The translations under genes were made by a program, and so were the position numbers. From a virus, in IMG/VR virus record IMGVR_UViG_3300009506_000003, positions 32,001 to 96,000 of that record: 64,000 nucleotides of DNA; one strand, written 5' to 3'. Of this stretch, positions 44,632 to 53,896 are shown one piece after another. The notes beneath the pieces are model-generated. The model had not been told where the DNA came from and searched no databases. It was given only the letters and a program-made list of their open reading frames with translations. Position 1 is the stretch's first letter. Each line of letters opens with the position of its first letter.

Positions 44632-44895
44632 ATGGCGCAAGAGAAAAGAAGAGCCAAGCCGAAAAAGCCTGGTCGAAGCAGGATCCCCGAGTACCTCGTC
44701 CACTGTGGCGACGCTTGGAACCTCTTCGCGTACGGAGGAAAGTGGAAGGTCACCCACCTGACGAACAAGCTCAACGAGCTGCTCGCCAGAATCGACTTCT
44801 TGCCGGGGCTAGTGCTCCGGGATGAAGAAGGCAAGTTGCTGAAACCTGTCCTTCAGGTACACCTCGTGCCTGTGGACACACCGGAGGAAAGATGA
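44632..44895 (+). CDS. Hypothetical protein
   Basis: ATG 44632, basic N-terminus; ATGA overlap with the next gene. Confidence 0.65.
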   Translation: MAQEKRRAKPKKPGRSRIPEYLVHCGDAWNLFAYGGKWKVTHLTNKLNELLARIDFLPGLVLRDEEGKLLKPVLQVHLVPVDTPEER

Positions 44896-45233
44896 GCGTA
44901 CCAAAAACTGGACCTGGCTCAGTCATAGAACCATTGGTTCTAAACGGGCCCATGATGAAGTGCCCGAAGTGTGAAGGAACCACCAACCTGTGGAGGAACG
45001 AGACAGTCCCCCGCATGATTGGTATCAAGCCCCTGCCCGAAGGTGGATTCGATTGGGACAACGAAGCCCGAGACGAGTTCATCGACGAGGCCAGCGTGAA
45101 GAGCTCAGAGGAGCCTGAGTTCTTCTGCCGCGATTGTGATGTCTACTTTGAGGCTCCAGAGATCGCTGAAATGGACGGCAATGCCGACCGGAAAGGACAC
45201 GACGGACATGCGCAGGTTCATCAAGGAGCCTAA
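44892..45233 (+). CDS. Zinc-ribbon protein
   Basis: CPKC...CRDC; SD GGAGG. Confidence 0.7.
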   Translation: MSVPKTGPGSVIEPLVLNGPMMKCPKCEGTTNLWRNETVPRMIGIKPLPEGGFDWDNEARDEFIDEASVKSSEEPEFFCRDCDVYFEAPEIAEMDGNADRKGHDGHAQVHQGA

Positions 45234-46620
45234 GGGCAAGGCCGCCCAAATCTGGGAGATCGTGGTGGCAAAGAACACGGTCTCCATCATGCACGGCCAG
45301 CTCGGCGGGAAGATGCAGGACACCTTGCAGGAGTTCGAGGGGAAGAACCTCAGCAAGAAGAACGAGAAGAGCCCAGAGCAAGTGGCTCAGGAATGGGCGG
45401 AGAACCAGATCAAGAAGAAGGTGAAGCAGGGCTACTTCGAGGTGAACATCAGTACGGGGAAGCCCATCGGAGACAAGGCCGCCGGTGACATCCTCACGTA
45501 CGTCCAGCCGCCGACCAACTTCACCATCTACAAGCCGCAGCACAGTCTCTCGAAAGCGCTCGAAAAGGCGCTGAGGGGCGGGCAAGCACTCGTCGGGAGA
45601 AAGCGGGACGGGTACATGCACTACCTGGTCACGGATGAGCACGGCTACACGAGGCTGTTCTCATCGAAGTGGGAGCCGGCCCACAACCTGGAGATGAAGG
45701 AGATGGTCCCTTGGATGGAACGGTACCCTCACATCGAGAGGGACGTTCAGAGACTCGGCTTGCCGCCGATGTCCATCGTCGTAGGGGAACTCTGCGCATC
45801 TCCAGAGTGCGGAAGAGACTCTTCTGGGTTCACCATAGACGACTTCGAGTACGTTGGAGGGGTCATCAAGTCCCTGACCCCCAGGGCACTCGACATGCAG
45901 CAAGAGCAAGGCCGACTCGAGTTCTGCATTTGGGACATCGCCATCTGGGGAGGGGAGCCCTACGCGAAAGAGATGACCGTCGGCGCTCGGTATGACCACA
46001 TCTACCACCTGATTGGTAGGACTGGGGTGGAGTTCATCACCATGCCTGAGCTGATCGAGCTCTACAACGACGGGTTCAAGGTCACGTCCCACCGTGCCGG
46101 CGAGCTCGAGCTCGAGTACGACCATGAGGATGTGGTCCATGACTTGCTCGAGTATGCAAAGAATCTCGGGTGGGAAGGTTACGTAGTGGTCAATCCCCAC
46201 GAGAAGTACGGGGACAAGGCGTTCAACTTCCGAGGCAAGAACGACCGTCCGGTCTGTTGCGGGAAGCTGAAGCCCGACTACGAGGCTGACTTCGTGGTCA
46301 TGTGGGATCCCGACAACAAGATCGGGGAGTGGGGCACCGGAAAGAACAAGAAGGGCGTCGGGTCTGTCCAGGCGTACCTCTACGACGACAATCTCTGCGA
46401 GCTCGTCCCGGTCAGCAAGGTTGGTGGGGGCATCACCGACGAGCAGTGCAAGAAGTTCGCGGATCCAAAGCTGTACCCCATGGTGTGGCAGGTCGTGTTC
46501 AAAGGATGGACCGCCAAGGGTTCTCTCCGTCATCCGTCCTTGTTCCGAGTGCGAGATGACAAGAAGCCAGAAGAATGCAGCATTGCCCAGAACCCAAGAT
46601 GGAGAGGAGCCGAGCAATGA
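45181..46620 (+). CDS. lig: ATP-dependent DNA ligase with N-terminal WGR-like domain
   Basis: Motif I KRDG, motif III VVGEL, IIIa FCIWDI, IV WEGYVV, V KLKP, VI LRHP...R.DK; N-terminal WEI....V...G.LG...KK.K.GY. Start may instead be 45208. Confidence 0.9.
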   Translation: MPTGKDTTDMRRFIKEPKGKAAQIWEIVVAKNTVSIMHGQLGGKMQDTLQEFEGKNLSKKNEKSPEQVAQEWAENQIKKKVKQGYFEVNISTGKPIGDKAAGDILTYVQPPTNFTIYKPQHSLSKALEKALRGGQALVGRKRDGYMHYLVTDEHGYTRLFSSKWEPAHNLEMKEMVPWMERYPHIERDVQRLGLPPMSIVVGELCASPECGRDSSGFTIDDFEYVGGVIKSLTPRALDMQQEQGRLEFCIWDIAIWGGEPYAKEMTVGARYDHIYHLIGRTGVEFITMPELIELYNDGFKVTSHRAGELELEYDHEDVVHDLLEYAKNLGWEGYVVVNPHEKYGDKAFNFRGKNDRPVCCGKLKPDYEADFVVMWDPDNKIGEWGTGKNKKGVGSVQAYLYDDNLCELVPVSKVGGGITDEQCKKFADPKLYPMVWQVVFKGWTAKGSLRHPSLFRVRDDKKPEECSIAQNPRWRGAEQ

Positions 46621-46886
46621 AGCAGAGACGATTCATTCTCTGGGACTGCAAGGACAACTACCGACCGATGACTGATGAGGAAGGGAACCAAATCATCAGC
46701 GATGGGGTTCTCGGGAGGTTGTCCTTGGACAATGTCTACCTGACCACCTACGCCCGCTACCCAGGTGAGCTCCGGCCGGCTGACCTCGAGGTCGGGGAGT
46801 GCATCAAGGCTGTAGGGTTTCACCTGAGCGGGGAGCATGGGGTCTACGACATCTACCGCGTCGAGGACGCATCGGAGGCCCCATGA
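46617..46886 (+). CDS. Hypothetical protein
   Basis: ATGA overlap, SD GAGGAG. Confidence 0.7.
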   Translation: MKQRRFILWDCKDNYRPMTDEEGNQIISDGVLGRLSLDNVYLTTYARYPGELRPADLEVGECIKAVGFHLSGEHGVYDIYRVEDASEAP

Positions 46887-46928
46887 GCTACTGCATGCCG
46901 ATGGGGCGCGGATGTCCGTGTCCAGAGT

Positions 46929-47195
46929 GTGAAGAGAGGGAGTCTGATGATTGACTACATCACTGAGTTCAAGATGAACCAGTCACGAGGACACCAACTG
47001 AAGTACCGGGACATCAACGACCCAGACTTCTCGAAAGAGTGGGGGCGTCCTGAAGCCATCATCCCCGACAAGGAAGTGACTTTGGAGCTCCACCTTCACC
47101 TCATCTACGACGCGGAGCACTCCCACTTGGTGAGGGACCTCACGGTGGCAGTGAGCAAAATCAACCAGGCTATCGCCCAGGAGAGAGGACAATGA
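46929..47195 (+). CDS. Hypothetical protein
   Basis: 88 aa; true start may be the internal ATG after GGGAG. Confidence 0.6.
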   Translation: MKRGSLMIDYITEFKMNQSRGHQLKYRDINDPDFSKEWGRPEAIIPDKEVTLELHLHLIYDAEHSHLVRDLTVAVSKINQAIAQERGQ

Positions 47196-47557
47196 GCTAC
47201 TTCGAAGACGTAGTGCGCTGGCATCGAAAAGTGGGGCACCCGGTCGCCCCCAACATTATGGCCGCGCAAGAGGCGATGCACGGCGGGCTCGGCTGGAAGT
47301 TGGTGGTGGAAGAGTTCAAGGAGCTCTGCGATGCCACCAACATCGAGGAGTACGCCGATGCTATCGGTGACCTCATCTGGGTGCTCTGCGGCGACGCCGC
47401 ACGGAAAGGAATCCCGCTGGACCGAGTCTGGGCTGAGATCCGAAGAGCCAACTTCGACAAGCTGGGCGGGCCTGTCAGAGAGGACGGCAAGATTCTGAAA
47501 CCGGAAGGATGGCGCCCGCCCGACATCACTTCCGCATTGAAGGAGGAAATAGGATGA
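47192..47557 (+). CDS. MazG-like all-alpha NTP pyrophosphohydrolase (DR2231-type)
   Basis: EEFKEL...E.ADAIGDL.WV, then AN.DK...REDGKILKPEGW.PPDI. Confidence 0.85.
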   Translation: MSYFEDVVRWHRKVGHPVAPNIMAAQEAMHGGLGWKLVVEEFKELCDATNIEEYADAIGDLIWVLCGDAARKGIPLDRVWAEIRRANFDKLGGPVREDGKILKPEGWRPPDITSALKEEIG

Positions 47558-47868
47558 GCAGGCCTTGGTCTGTGAACCCAGAGAACTGGGACCAGTGCAT
47601 CAACTACCTGTTCCCCAAGTGGCTCAAAGAGCGTGGCGGCATCGTAGTCTACGAGAACCATATGTTCGACAGCAGCAGCTTGGGAGACAAGACGTTCATG
47701 CCGGCCAGGTACATCGCAGAGGACAACCAGATGCACGACGCGCCAGAGGAGCACCGCCCGAACGGTGGGGTCCCCAGCATGCGTCAGCAGAAGGTAGACC
47801 ACATCCGCCTCGAGGACTTCTCGACGCTGGAAGACGCGCTGGAGTGCTTCGAGAAGGAGGCCGCATGA
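47554..47868 (+). CDS. Hypothetical protein
   Basis: ATGA overlap, SD GGAGG. Confidence 0.7.
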   Translation: MSRPWSVNPENWDQCINYLFPKWLKERGGIVVYENHMFDSSSLGDKTFMPARYIAEDNQMHDAPEEHRPNGGVPSMRQQKVDHIRLEDFSTLEDALECFEKEAA

Positions 47869-48032
47869 AGCGCTGTGGGAAGTGCGAGAACTGCAAGAAG
47901 CTGGAGAGAGTAAAAGCTCGGGTCTTGGCCTGCGCCAACCCTCCCTTCAGCCATGCAGACGACGATGTCGTGAACTTGTGGAACACAGAGCTCAAACGAC
48001 TTCCATGTCAGGAGAATCCCAATGCTCAATGA
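47865..48032 (+). CDS. Small Cys-rich protein
   Basis: MKRCGKCENC...; SD AGGAGG; ATGA overlap. Confidence 0.65.
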   Translation: MKRCGKCENCKKLERVKARVLACANPPFSHADDDVVNLWNTELKRLPCQENPNAQ

Positions 48033-48291
48033 CGCCCACCGGGCCAACTTCGAGACGCTCGAGCGGGCGTTCTCTGAGGGGGACGTATGCCTCCTCGAAT
48101 GCGTAGACAAGGATACTGGAAAACCGATCCCTGTCATTTGTGCAGTTCAACCTTCCGGGGACGAGGCAGCGCCGATTGAGTTTGTGCCGTTTGCCAAGTT
48201 GTTCCTGGGCAACCCTTACGAGGAGGTAGATCCCCCTCAGGAGATGGATACACATGAGCCAAGCGATTGTGCTGTCGGGGAACCCGAGTGA
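48022..48291 (+). CDS. Conserved hypothetical protein (resembles DUF6117)
   Basis: ANFETL.RA...GDV.L.EC.D..TG....VICAV...F.PF..L..GNPYE; family recalled from memory, not searched. Confidence 0.6.
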   Translation: MLNDAHRANFETLERAFSEGDVCLLECVDKDTGKPIPVICAVQPSGDEAAPIEFVPFAKLFLGNPYEEVDPPQEMDTHEPSDCAVGEPE

Positions 48292-48748
48292 GGGTTTCAC
48301 AGCCGTCGGCCCATTTGACGACTTTGACGAGGCCGCCGACTGGGCCGACAGCCAGGTCACCATCGGCAACACGTGGGTGATGACCGTCGTCAGCCCCGCC
48401 AACTACGAGGAGTCGGAAGTGAGTGGGATGGATGCAGTCAAGAAGCTGATCACCGACCTCGGGCTCGATGAGCCTGGGGCCCCCAATCTGGACGGCCACA
48501 CAGAAGACGACCTGCGACAGTTCGTGCAGGTGGCTTCTCGTTGTCCTGGACAGCTCGGGGCTGTTCTCTTCGGGGAGCAGGAAGACCGTGAAGCCCGCCG
48601 GCGCGCGGTTGACACGCTCTGCACCTATGCCCAACTCCGACTGCAGGCGTCGAGCCTGCGTCTGGTGGGCCGCATCGACGAGGCTATGGCTGTGGAAGCC
48701 ACGATGGAGCGGCTCTACGGCATCCTGCCTGAATGGGGGCGGTGGTAG
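48254..48748 (+). CDS. Hypothetical protein
   Basis: 164 aa with host-like GC3 codon bias. Confidence 0.65.
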   Translation: MSQAIVLSGNPSEGFTAVGPFDDFDEAADWADSQVTIGNTWVMTVVSPANYEESEVSGMDAVKKLITDLGLDEPGAPNLDGHTEDDLRQFVQVASRCPGQLGAVLFGEQEDREARRRAVDTLCTYAQLRLQASSLRLVGRIDEAMAVEATMERLYGILPEWGRW

Positions 48749-48822
48749 ACGACGTCTTCACCACCTCTCCGCCCGAACAACAAACACTGTGACACATTGA
48801 TGGGTATCGAAAGGAGACACCC

Positions 48823-49077
48823 ATGGTACACCCAGATCACGCAATGCTGGCAGACTCCAAAGAGCCACTGGTCGACGCCAAGAAGCTCGCCGAGTTTCTG
48901 TCAGTCCGCAAGGAGTACATCTATGTCTTGATGCGTCAGGGGATGCCCCACTACCGCATCGGGAACCGGAAGTACGTCCGCTTCGTCAAGTCGGAAGTAC
49001 TCGACTGGATCAAGACCAACCCCTTCCAAGAGGAGAACGATGCCACACCTGAAGGCGCAGATTCTCGGCCCCACTGA
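48823..49077 (+). CDS. Excisionase/MerR-like HTH DNA-binding protein
   Basis: LVDAKKLAEFLSVRKEYIY.L...GMPHYRIG...RF..SEV..WI. Confidence 0.85.
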   Translation: MVHPDHAMLADSKEPLVDAKKLAEFLSVRKEYIYVLMRQGMPHYRIGNRKYVRFVKSEVLDWIKTNPFQEENDATPEGADSRPH

Positions 49078-49627
49078 TTGGTGGAAGGTCGAGACGACAA
49101 ACGGCACCTGCTGGGTGCTATGTGAGGACCTCGGCGTGCGAGAGGTCAAGGCAGAGGATCTTCTCGATCTCCTGCCGTCTGACAACTACGACACGCAGGA
49201 CATCATCCAGTGGGAGTACTACCGGGGGTACGGCGTCAGGCTGACAGAGCCGGACGAGACGCCCTGGGAGGTCTACGACTCGGAGTACGATGCCAAGATC
49301 TACTTCTCGGATGAGCACCAAGAGCTCTGCCCAATCTGTCTGACAGAGTTGGACGGGGATGGAACATGCGCAGCGTGCGTCCGAGACCTAGACCACGAGA
49401 CGTTTCTCGACGCGCTTGGTACCGTGCTTCAAGGAGTGACGGTCAACGAGATCCTGCACACTGTGCCGGGCATCTACGAGATCATCGCGGAGGAGTACAA
49501 CAACGAGGCCTTGAATCAGGCCTACGAGGACATGAGGCTACGGTATGAAGCCAAAGATCCGGATGCCCAAAGGGCAGACGAGGCCCAAGCCCGAGACGGT
49601 ACGGGCACAGGCCAAGCCCCAGCGTAA
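49040..49627 (+). CDS. Acidic hypothetical protein with a CxxC...CxxC motif
   Basis: CPIC...CAAC; SD GAGGAG. Confidence 0.7.
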   Translation: MPHLKAQILGPTDWWKVETTNGTCWVLCEDLGVREVKAEDLLDLLPSDNYDTQDIIQWEYYRGYGVRLTEPDETPWEVYDSEYDAKIYFSDEHQELCPICLTELDGDGTCAACVRDLDHETFLDALGTVLQGVTVNEILHTVPGIYEIIAEEYNNEALNQAYEDMRLRYEAKDPDAQRADEAQARDGTGTGQAPA

Positions 49628-49787
49628 AGCCAGGGCTTCACCGAAGCGGGGAGACCCCTACATGGATAAGGTGGTCGACCTGAAAGACGCGAACGGCAAT
49701 GTCATCTTCCGAGGGACCAGAAGGGAATGTGTGGTGTACGCGCACGAGACCTTCGAGGAGCGACACTTCCGTAGAGCATCATGGTGA
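49545..49787 (+). CDS. Basic hypothetical protein
   Basis: 80 aa, SD GAGG; last gene of the plus-strand island. Confidence 0.6.
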   Translation: MKPKIRMPKGQTRPKPETVRAQAKPQRKARASPKRGDPYMDKVVDLKDANGNVIFRGTRRECVVYAHETFEERHFRRASW

Positions 49788-49970
49788 GAGTCTGCGGGAT
49801 CCGTACACGGTCCCGCAGACAGGACACCTCTGAACGGTTTGCCGTGTCGCGGGGTCAACCCGCGGCACGGTCTTCCGATGGCACTTCCTGCACATCATGC
49901 TCTTGGCCTTCCCCGGTGTCTTCGGGGAGTTCTTCGCTAGGGACCGCGTCCCTGTGATCACTCGTGGCAT
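49779..49970 (-). CDS. Small zinc-ribbon protein
   Basis: CRKC...CPVC; SD GGAGAGG. Confidence 0.65.
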   Translation of the reverse strand: MPRVITGTRSLAKNSPKTPGKAKSMMCRKCHRKTVPRVDPATRQTVQRCPVCGTVYGSRRLSP

Positions 49971-50412
49971 CTGCCTCTCCTTCTTTAGCTTGGGGTTCTG
50001 GCGGTGGAGGCAGCTTGTCGAGCGCGACGCCCAGCATCCACTCCATCATGTGGTCTCGAAAGTCTGGGCGAGCTCGGAATGAGGCCCAGTCCTTGAACAG
50101 TGTCTCGATGTCGTCGGCCTCGATACGCTCGTCAGCCCCGACCTTCTCCAACAGCAAGTTGATGCCCATGACGGCCATCCTGGTGGAGACAGCAAACTGC
50201 TCGTCGAGCAAGTTCTGCGACTTGGTCAGCTCCTTCTGGTTGGCCCAGATGGTCTGGTTGGAACGCGCCATCACCTGGATGGTAGCGTCGAGCTGATTGA
50301 CCCTCTTACTCAGCCGCTCCTCGAGCTGCTGGAGGGACCGCTCTAATTCCTTGTGGGTTTTTTTTCGTGGGTTTGGGCCTCGTGGCCCGCTTGCCTTTCG
50401 TGCTCTTGTCAT
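49855..50412 (-). CDS. Coiled-coil hypothetical protein
   Basis: 185 aa; heptad-like N-terminal half. Confidence 0.65.
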   Translation of the reverse strand: MTRARKASGPRGPNPRKKTHKELERSLQQLEERLSKRVNQLDATIQVMARSNQTIWANQKELTKSQNLLDEQFAVSTRMAVMGINLLLEKVGADERIEADDIETLFKDWASFRARPDFRDHMMEWMLGVALDKLPPPPEPQAKEGEADATSDHRDAVPSEELPEDTGEGQEHDVQEVPSEDRAAG

Positions 50413-50686
50413 CTTTCTTGGTCTCCACTACCTCGAGATTCTCCAAGGACTCGATCTCCTCTTCGAGAGGAGCAATTTTCTCGGCCTCAATCCCTCGGAC
50501 GATCTCAGTGATGATCTCCTGGCTGACGAGCTTTGCAACGCAGCCCTCAGCAGGGATCCCATGTTGTGCCTCTCGAACCTCCGTGTCCACAAACTTGATG
50601 AGCGTGTCCACGACCTGGTGCCAAACAGCGCGATGCTGCCTACTCTCTTCGAGCTTTTGAAGTGCTTCAATGAACGAGAGCGCCAT
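50306..50686 (-). CDS. Hypothetical protein
   Basis: 126 aa, SD GGAGG. Confidence 0.7.
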   Translation of the reverse strand: MALSFIEALQKLEESRQHRAVWHQVVDTLIKFVDTEVREAQHGIPAEGCVAKLVSQEIITEIVRGIEAEKIAPLEEEIESLENLEVVETKKDDKSTKGKRATRPKPTKKNPQGIRAVPPAARGAAE

Positions 50687-50843
50687 GCAAATCCTCCAAC
50701 GAGCTAGGTATAAGCCCTATGTTGGCCCTCATGGCAGAGGAGTGGCTCCCTCGCCAGAGCCGGTTCGAGGAGAACCAGCCGGGGCTGCAGCGGTGCCGAT
50801 TGTCGGTCGAGCGAGCAGCTCCGTTCTTTTAGCCCTCCAAGAG

Positions 50844-51572
50844 TCATGCCGTTATCATAGCAAGAAAACGTGCCTTCAGGTCAGCCCCATTGGCCAAGTC
50901 CTTTCGGATCGCTTTCAGTGTGTAGATCAACGGCTGCCTCTGTACCCTAGCCTTCTCCAGCTTGTCTATGTCTGCCGTTGTCTCGTGCAGGGCGTCGTAC
51001 CGAATCTCGTATGGTGAGTACTTCAGATAGACGTCCGCGTCGCCCTCGAGTGCATACCAGGTCTTGACCAAAAGCTCTGCGAGGTTCGGAGGTGTGAGGT
51101 TCGCCAGCTTCTCCCCCACAACATACGGTAGCCTCTCCAGCCCGTCCGATCTTCGGTTCTCCTTCCGAAGGGATGAGACGTGAGCTCCTTTCGCAGCCGG
51201 GTCCAAGAACAACTCCCGTTGGCAGTGTCGGCAGACCGTGTGCATGTAGGCGAAGTCATCTGACGAGATCGGCTTCCCGCAGTCATTGTAGCCGCACCAG
51301 TACATCTTCTGGTCGCCACCACCATGCAGCCTCTTCCCCGACTCCCAGATCTGGAGCATGAGCGGTGAAGGCTTGTGAGCCAAAGACGACCGATGTCGAC
51401 TGAACATGACCTCGATCTTGTACTTGGCCTTGTCGAGCTCCCTCTGACGTACTGCCTCAAGATCCTCCTTCGTGAGCTTCACCTGGGTCTCCCCAGATAT
51501 GCTCCCGCCCCGAGGACGACCTACGGCCACCTCAGCAGGAAGAGCCGTGATTTTGTCGTCTGGCAGACTCAT
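50844..51572 (-). CDS. Zn-finger-containing hypothetical protein
   Basis: CGYNDC...CRHC; SD GAGG. Confidence 0.7.
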   Translation of the reverse strand: MSLPDDKITALPAEVAVGRPRGGSISGETQVKLTKEDLEAVRQRELDKAKYKIEVMFSRHRSSLAHKPSPLMLQIWESGKRLHGGGDQKMYWCGYNDCGKPISSDDFAYMHTVCRHCQRELFLDPAAKGAHVSSLRKENRRSDGLERLPYVVGEKLANLTPPNLAELLVKTWYALEGDADVYLKYSPYEIRYDALHETTADIDKLEKARVQRQPLIYTLKAIRKDLANGADLKARFLAMITA

Positions 51573-51575
51573 GAG

Positions 51576-52091
51576 CTACCTCACTGGCGCAGCGCCCTTG
51601 CGCCCGCCTTTGCCCTGAGACCCCATGGGAGTGCCAGGGCCGGTGAGGGGAGACTCCATCACCTCGAACTTCGGGATGGCAGGAGCGATGGCCTCACAGA
51701 TTGCATGTGCGGCTGCCCGAAGGTCATTCGAGGCAAACGAGATCGTCCAAGCGAACTTCGTGCGCTTGTGCTTTCTCAAGTACTGCTTGCACAAGTGACC
51801 TTCGCAATCTTGGTGCACCTCGATGGCCTCGAGGACAGGGGTGATGATCTTGTCGACGAACGCCCCCTCGTTGTCTGCCTTCACCCTTCCGAGCAAATGT
51901 ACCTGACCCGGGCTGGCCTTCACTTCTACCACCTCGAACAGCTTGGTGGCCTGGAAGGCGCCGGCGGTCTGCTGAGCGGTGTGCTCGGCATACTCCTGAG
52001 CGGAAATGTCGGGTGCCTCAAACTCGCTGATGTCCTGGTCGGACTCATTCCTGCCGCGAGTACGGAACTCACTCTCCACTGATGCTGTCAT
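51576..52091 (-). CDS. Hypothetical protein
   Basis: 171 aa, SD GGAG. Confidence 0.7.
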   Translation of the reverse strand: MTASVESEFRTRGRNESDQDISEFEAPDISAQEYAEHTAQQTAGAFQATKLFEVVEVKASPGQVHLLGRVKADNEGAFVDKIITPVLEAIEVHQDCEGHLCKQYLRKHKRTKFAWTISFASNDLRAAAHAICEAIAPAIPKFEVMESPLTGPGTPMGSQGKGGRKGAAPVR

Positions 52092-52365
52092 GTTTTTTCT
52101 CCAATGCCACGACGTTGTCCGGAAGGTCCATCTCCTCCAGGTGACGCCGGTAGTCTTCTAGTAAACCCTCACAACGAACAATCGCGATGATGAGGCCGTT
52201 GTCTACGACCTTCATTGCGGGCCAGTCCGCCAACATGCTCTGACGTTCCGGCTTGTCGTCCAACTCTCGCATGCGCGTGTAGAGGACGTCCCTCGCCACC
52301 TTGAACGCATGAAGGTCTCGCTCGACCTCGGTGACCTCAGCAATGATCTCCTCACGAGTCGGCAC
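52069..52365 (-). CDS. Hypothetical helical protein
   Basis: 98 aa, SD AGGAGG before GTG. Confidence 0.7.
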   Translation of the reverse strand: MPTREEIIAEVTEVERDLHAFKVARDVLYTRMRELDDKPERQSMLADWPAMKVVDNGLIIAIVRCEGLLEDYRRHLEEMDLPDNVVALEKKHDSISGE

Positions 52366-52711
52366 GTGATCCTCCTACCAGGTCGTAGATGGGGCACTCG
52401 GTGCCGCACGCGGGGCAATCAACTCCGGCGGTCTTCTCCACCGTCCGGTCCTCTTCTTCCCACACCAAATGCTTGCACGGCTGACCACCAGAGATACTCG
52501 GCATGGGAGCACCGCCGGGCTCACCACCTTCCCTTGGAGTGGCACAACAAGCTGCCACGTCGCAGGAACAGGTTCCCTCCCTCTCCCCACTCGGAAAGGT
52601 GTACGTGCACTCCGGAGGCAGGTAGTTGTCCACCTTCGGGTACTCCACGCAGACCTTCGGCTTCCGGTCGTGGATGGCGCAGCGCCCTATGAGCCTCTTC
52701 TCAGTTGTCAT
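52352..52711 (-). CDS. Cys-rich protein with a YkgJ-like C.IH..KP..C..YP motif
   Basis: CAIHDRKPKVCVEYP, CSCDVAACC, CPAC; start set to ATG 52711. Confidence 0.6.
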   Translation of the reverse strand: MTTEKRLIGRCAIHDRKPKVCVEYPKVDNYLPPECTYTFPSGEREGTCSCDVAACCATPREGGEPGGAPMPSISGGQPCKHLVWEEEDRTVEKTAGVDCPACGTECPIYDLVGGSRADS

Positions 52712-52892
52712 GGCGTGTGGTCTTGAAGATGCGGGTGATGGCCCCATGCTTGCGAACCAACCCCGAGTAGTCTGGGCCCTTCACTCCCTCCCAAAACGGA
52801 CGGCCGGTTCTGGTTTCACGAAAAGGGATCCCGAGAGCGACATCCTCAGCCGTGATCTCCTCGACGAACAAGCTCTTGATCCACTCGAGCAT
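52701..52892 (-). CDS. Small hypothetical protein
   Basis: SD GGGAG, ATG 52892. Confidence 0.6.
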   Translation of the reverse strand: MLEWIKSLFVEEITAEDVALGIPFRETRTGRPFWEGVKGPDYSGLVRKHGAITRIFKTTRHDN

Positions 52893-52893
52893 C

Positions 52894-53361
52894 TCAGCTC
52901 CCTTCTGGTGATTCCACGTAGATGACCAGAGCAACCACGGAGTCACCTTCGTAGCGCTGCTCTTTCTTCACCACCTTGCGTTCCCCCACACCATCGCGGA
53001 GGTCGACCTTGGTGAGGGTCACCCACGGCATTTCGTTCGGGACCACCAGGCGGCCGAGGCGGTCGATGAGTACGTCGTCCTCCCCGTTGAACGTCTCGTT
53101 CTCGAACTCCAGGAAGATGTTCCTGTAGCCGCCTGGATGGTCCAATTCGGTCTCCCGGATTTCGGCCATGTCGCTGGTGATGGCTTCCCCGAGCTCGCGC
53201 ACGAAGTTGTCCACCTCCGCGCGATCATCCGTGTTCAGCGGGCGGCTTCCATGGGACTGTTCGTAGTCCTCTGGTAGTAAGCGCCAGTTGACCAACTGTT
53301 GAATCGCGTTCTTGGGGATGACTCCCGCTTCCACCAACATCTTTGCTGTCTGCTGAGCCAT
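52894..53361 (-). CDS. Hypothetical protein
   Basis: 155 aa, SD GAGGAG. Confidence 0.7.
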   Translation of the reverse strand: MAQQTAKMLVEAGVIPKNAIQQLVNWRLLPEDYEQSHGSRPLNTDDRAEVDNFVRELGEAITSDMAEIRETELDHPGGYRNIFLEFENETFNGEDDVLIDRLGRLVVPNEMPWVTLTKVDLRDGVGERKVVKKEQRYEGDSVVALVIYVESPEGS

Positions 53362-53896
53362 GACTTCTCCTCGTCAGGTCTACCGCGGTCTTCACCGCGA
53401 AAGAGATTTCAGATGGGTCCGCACTCGGATGCTTCGAACAACAGAGGATCAGGGTCTCCTCTGGGATGGATTTGACTCTGTGGATAGGCAGACCCAAGAG
53501 GCTATCCACGCTTCGGACGGGCAGGCCTCTCTCCTCCACCTCAAGCCACTTCCAAATCAGGTTCTCGTTGTTGGGCCCACTGACCCAGCAAGTTGCGTTG
53601 AGCCCCTCTCCGTGAGCCAGAAGCATCATGTCTACGAGCACCTGGTACGAAGTGGCCCCGTCGCTGTAGTACTCCGCGATGTCAGGCAGGTTGCGCAAGG
53701 CACCGTCCCACGTGACCTCGTCTTCTTGAAGGCCGTCCCCCTCAACCCATCGTTGAGCCCTGACGTACGTGTCATCGTTGTCGAGCTCCACACGCTTCAC
53801 GTGACCACCATTCAAGATCTCTCGAATGAGAGAACAGATGCCGTCCACCGTTCCGGGAAGCTCGAACTTCTCCGTGCGTATGCTAGATTTGCTCAA
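53225..53896 (-). CDS. Hypothetical protein
   Basis: Probable TTG start at 53896 after AGGGG. Confidence 0.65.
   Translation of the reverse strand: MSKSSIRTEKFELPGTVDGICSLIREILNGGHVKRVELDNDDTYVRAQRWVEGDGLQEDEVTWDGALRNLPDIAEYYSDGATSYQVLVDMMLLAHGEGLNATCWVSGPNNENLIWKWLEVEERGLPVRSVDSLLGLPIHRVKSIPEETLILCCSKHPSADPSEISFAVKTAVDLTRRSHGSADSKDVGGSGSHPQERDSTVGQLALTTRGLRTVPWKPPAEHG

Noticed and set aside
48823-49077. Excisionase implying a prophage boundary
   Set aside because: No integrase or att-like repeat seen; this HTH family is common as a stand-alone regulator.
50355-50370. Run of eight A (A AAA AAC, minus strand) as a second frameshift site
   Set aside because: Both overlapping genes have their own plausible starts, and a -1 slip from the upstream gene would not enter the downstream frame.
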